Source: Eledone cirrhosa | Lineage: Eukaryota | DNA length: 64,000 nt | Assembly: GCA_964016885.1 (NCBI GenBank) | Contig: OZ024740.1 | Location: 135,470,001-135,534,000, forward strand | Direction: 5' to 3' | Shown: positions 60,640 to 64,000 of the stretch, one piece after another | How the letters are laid out: each line of letters starts with the position of its first letter | How positions within the stretch are numbered: position 1 is the stretch's first letter | Translations under genes and position numbers: made by a program | Notes under the pieces: generated by a model | What the model was told of the DNA's origin: nothing | Seen by the model: only the letters and a program-made list of their open reading frames with translations | Databases searched by the model: none

Positions 60640-60865
60640 TAAAAATTTGGTATTTGTGCCAACCTTTACCCATGGTCATGATTCTTGGGTAATGACCGAA
60701 AGAATACGATTGTGACTATAAGTGGCCAAAATAGAGTTCTTATGAAGAGTCTTTAGAGTAATGTTACTCAATAGAGTTCATAGCTTGGAGCTCCGAGAAT
60801 CACTCTAGATAGAACAGCTACTTCTCCAAATTGAGAGATTACAGCTCCGATATTATGCTGGATAG
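60640..60865 (+). pseudogene. Degenerate Rex3-like RTE C-terminal remnant
   Basis: FVPTFTHGHDSWVMTERIR..ISGQNRV.. resembles the Rex3/RTE YGHE.WVMTER motif. Confidence 0.5.
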
Positions 60866-62963
60866 AGTGTTTAAGGGCTCTTCCCCCACAATCCTCTCAG
60901 GAATAAGTGTGTGAGGAAGAAGAGAAGAAATATGTAAAATGGTGGTGCAACTTAAACATGTATATATATCTATATATATAAAATGTAGTTGGGCGTTGTT
61001 TGTTTGGTGTCCCGAACTTTCAGGCTACACTGTTCATTCGATTTTCATGAAACTTGACACATATATAAAACTCGACCCGTAGATTGGAATAGGCTACTTG
61101 AAATTTTCAAAAAATCGATAATCGGTACCCAGAAGCCAATAATCGATATTTTCAAAAATCGTCCCATTTCGATGAAATTCGACGCAAGTGTGTATTTTAA
61201 TCCGGAGATGAACGTGGGCTACATTAAATTTTCGAAAAATCGATAATTGGATCACCAGAGGCAAAAATCGATATTTACGAAATTTGTCCGATTCCAATGA
61301 AATTTGACGTAGGTATGTATTTTGATGCGGGGTTCAACGTGGGGTACTTGAAATTTTCAAAAAATCGGACCCCCAGAGGCAAAAATCGATATTTTCAGAA
61401 TTCATTCGATTTCAATGAAATTTGATATTACCACAATAATAGATCCATTAGGAGTTACTCCAAGGCTGCAAAAATTCAGAAAGTTTTTTTAAACTCATAA
61501 ATCATGCGTTAAATGAGACCTTTAAGAGTTAGGGCAGACAATTATTCATAGTTTAATTATCAATGGTACAATATTGTGGAAATATGCAAATCTACGCCTT
61601 TCTTTATGGGAAAATGGAAGGCTTTACAAACAGATATTCAGGGTTCTTTGAGTAGAATTCTTAATTCTTAAATAATTGTACAGTCAACAAAATATATGAC
61701 AGAATGTTTTTCATATTATTTTCAAAAATCTTTCGATTTCAATGAAATTTAATGTGTATGTATTCAAACACAAGCACTTTTAGTTTACACCTGGCGCAAT
61801 CAAAATCAATTTCATATGCCCATATAAGCACGCACACACTGTGACTCATGCGCGTTATTGATTGGACGGCCTGTCTATACCACGAGCAGTATGTTTTCTC
61901 AACGATAGATACACAAACAGGTATACACGCACGTGCGAACCGCCTTTTTCTCTTTGTGTGTATCCGCTTTTTGTGAACAACAATAAATCCGGCCGTCTCA
62001 CTAAACGGACCTTTACAGAATTTGCCCACTTACTTATCGGTAAGTTAGTGCTTATTTATTTAGATTACTTGCATGCCATTTCAGTTAAATTTAATTCATT
62101 TTTCGCCTTCCTTAAATTTAAAAATCCCCATTGGGACTAGGGGATTGTCGATATCTTAGCGTTAAACTTTTCATATTCCCCCTTATTCAAGTGCAAATAC
62201 AGTATTATCCCTATCTGAAAGGAAACTAAATTTAATGGTGTCTTTTGTGATGCCAAAAGCTAAAAATGGTGAGTAAATTTTCAAACAGTCTTAAATAATC
62301 ATGCTTTTTGAAAAAAATTTACTAAATAATACTTTGACCAAGTTGTATTGGACACATACAAAGTTGTAAAAAATGTTACGTCCGTACCAATTTTTTCCTT
62401 TTTTAAACAAAAGGTTCTAAAAAATTAGTTAATTCATAACACTACTGTCACATCCTTTTGCACAGGAAGTGAGTAAGTTTTTGGGTTTTTAAACGTAAGT
62501 TCACCAGGGTTTGTGTCTTTTCAATTATTAGCCCACCTCTAATGGCATTTTTTTGTTCTGTTTACAACTAAATGTTATGAGCGTATTGCAAATTGCTATT
62601 GTTCTTTAATTTTTTAATTAGTTGTCATAGACCATCTGCATGCAGTGCAATTGATTGCACACACGTACACACCTGCATGCAGATAAACACTGACAGCTAA
62701 TAAAAAATCGCTAATTTGCTTATTAAGACATCGGTCAAAAAGAGAGATTGAATGTAGTTTAGAACATTTTTTGAATGTATTGTTCTTTTTGGCATGATAT
62801 ATCAGAAATATAGCTACTATTCACTTTGGTTATTTTTTATAACTAAGAAACGGTTCCTTAATGAGAAAGATCCCAGGGTTTTGGACAAGTTTGTTTCAGG
62901 CACTGTATAGACGCCAATTTTGTCACACCTTGGTCATGAATTTGTATTCTTTTCCAATAGATA

Positions 62964-63219
62964 CCGTATTTTCCGCTCTATAAGGCTCACCGGGATATAA
63001 GGCGTATCATTTAAAATCAGGTCCACGCAACGGCGTATAAGGCCAACCAGGAAAATGCTATCTTCTTTACTTTTAGTCTAGATCTATTACTTCTGTTAGA
63101 GCCGTGATTGATTACCATTGTATTATTTATACATAAGGCTCACCGGAGTATAAAGCGCAGAGCTGTTTTTTGATGAAATTTAGGTATTTTAAGTGCACTT
63201 TATAGGCCGGAAAATTCAG
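62964..63219. mobile_element. pogo/Tigger-like MITE nested in the Helitron
   Basis: TA|CCGTATTTTCCGCTCTATAA ... TTATAGGCCGGAAAATTCAG|TA. Confidence 0.7.
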
Positions 63220-63331
63220 TAAGTTATTATAATCATATTTCCAAACCAGTAACCATGCTAGCGAATCTGGTGTCACCTCTCTCTGTACTTAATCACCCCT
63301 CTCTAACCTAACAGCTTCGTTACACGTCATT

Positions 63332-64000
63332 ATGTCCACACGGAAACGTTCAAGACTTGCCGCCAAAAAAGATACAGCTACTGCTTTGAGACGACGAATT
63401 AGGCGTTCTCAGGTATGCGTTCATTCCCAATTGGTTAATCCTTTATGCAATATTCTCCCTTAATGTTAGCAAGAACTGCGTTTATCCTGTCACCACTTTT
63501 AAACAACTACAACATTCTAATCGTAGTTATATTAAATTGTCTTACCTCGATTCCCTTTTGTTCATATTACACTTTTCTCATTTAGTATTGGCACAGTGCC
63601 TTTGGCTTAGCTAACCAGTAGCATTAATTAACTTTCTCTAGGAAACACCTGCTGAGCGCGAATCTTGACTCGCTGATAGACGTCTTTCGCGGCTGGTTGA
63701 GTCACCAACATCCCGTACGACAAGGCTTGCTGATGTTCGCCTTCGTCGCCAACAAGTACTGGCGGAGGAGTCACCAACATCCCGTCAGACGAGGCTTGTT
63801 GGGGTTCGCCTTCGTCGTCAACAAGTGCTTGCAGAAGAGACCACGGCAGACAGAGACAACAGGCTTGCTGCTAAGCATTCCCGGCATACATTAGCTACTG
63901 CTGCCAAGAGCTCAGGCTGGGTTAAAGCAGCCTTCAGATATAACCCCTCTGAGGAATATGGACTTTTGCCTACAGTTTCCATTGGCAAAATGGATAATGT
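63332..64000 (+). pseudogene. Helitron Rep/Hel N-terminus: exon 63332-63412, intron 63413-63641, exon from 63642, with a stop and a frameshift
   Basis: MSTRKRSRL..RRSQ|GT..CTAAC..TTTCTCTAG|ETPAERES*LAD..EESPTSRQTRL repeats..AAFRYNP..SIGKMDN. Confidence 0.7.

Larger units (their letters stand above)
60969..64000 (+). mobile_element. Helitron 5' portion, running off the window end
   Basis: A|TCTATATATATAAAA terminus, ~126-bp subterminal repeats at 61040-61430, Rep/Hel N-terminal coding at 63332-64000. Confidence 0.75.

Overview
AT-rich, repeat-saturated animal genomic DNA. The SINE/LINE types and the (TA)n/(CAT)n microsatellite style suggest a coleoid cephalopod such as Octopus; this is inference only. 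The single host-gene trace I can support is a 55-bp coding exon at 43219-43273 (+) that matches amphiphysin/BIN1 BAR-domain exon 3 and has a GC donor, so much of the window is probably intronic. Two young RTE-clade LINE families (here A and B) dominate. Both encode APE endonuclease plus RT with a C4HC3 PHD finger inserted inside the RT. Both also have CCAAT/GT-box 5' regions preceded by repeated 0.5-0.75 kb monomers, structured 3' UTRs and (GAT)n tails, and mostly sit in (TA)n tracts. Other elements are one near-complete Penelope-like element, many non-coding Penelope-type repeats with minimal hammerhead ribozymes (clustered at 32.4-36.8 kb), two Helitron pieces, DD34D mariner and DD37D maT transposons, MITEs, an R4/Dong-like relic and two tRNA-SINE families. 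Nesting relationships fix element boundaries. They suggest insertion without target-site duplication and a possible ~9.5-kb 3' transduction.
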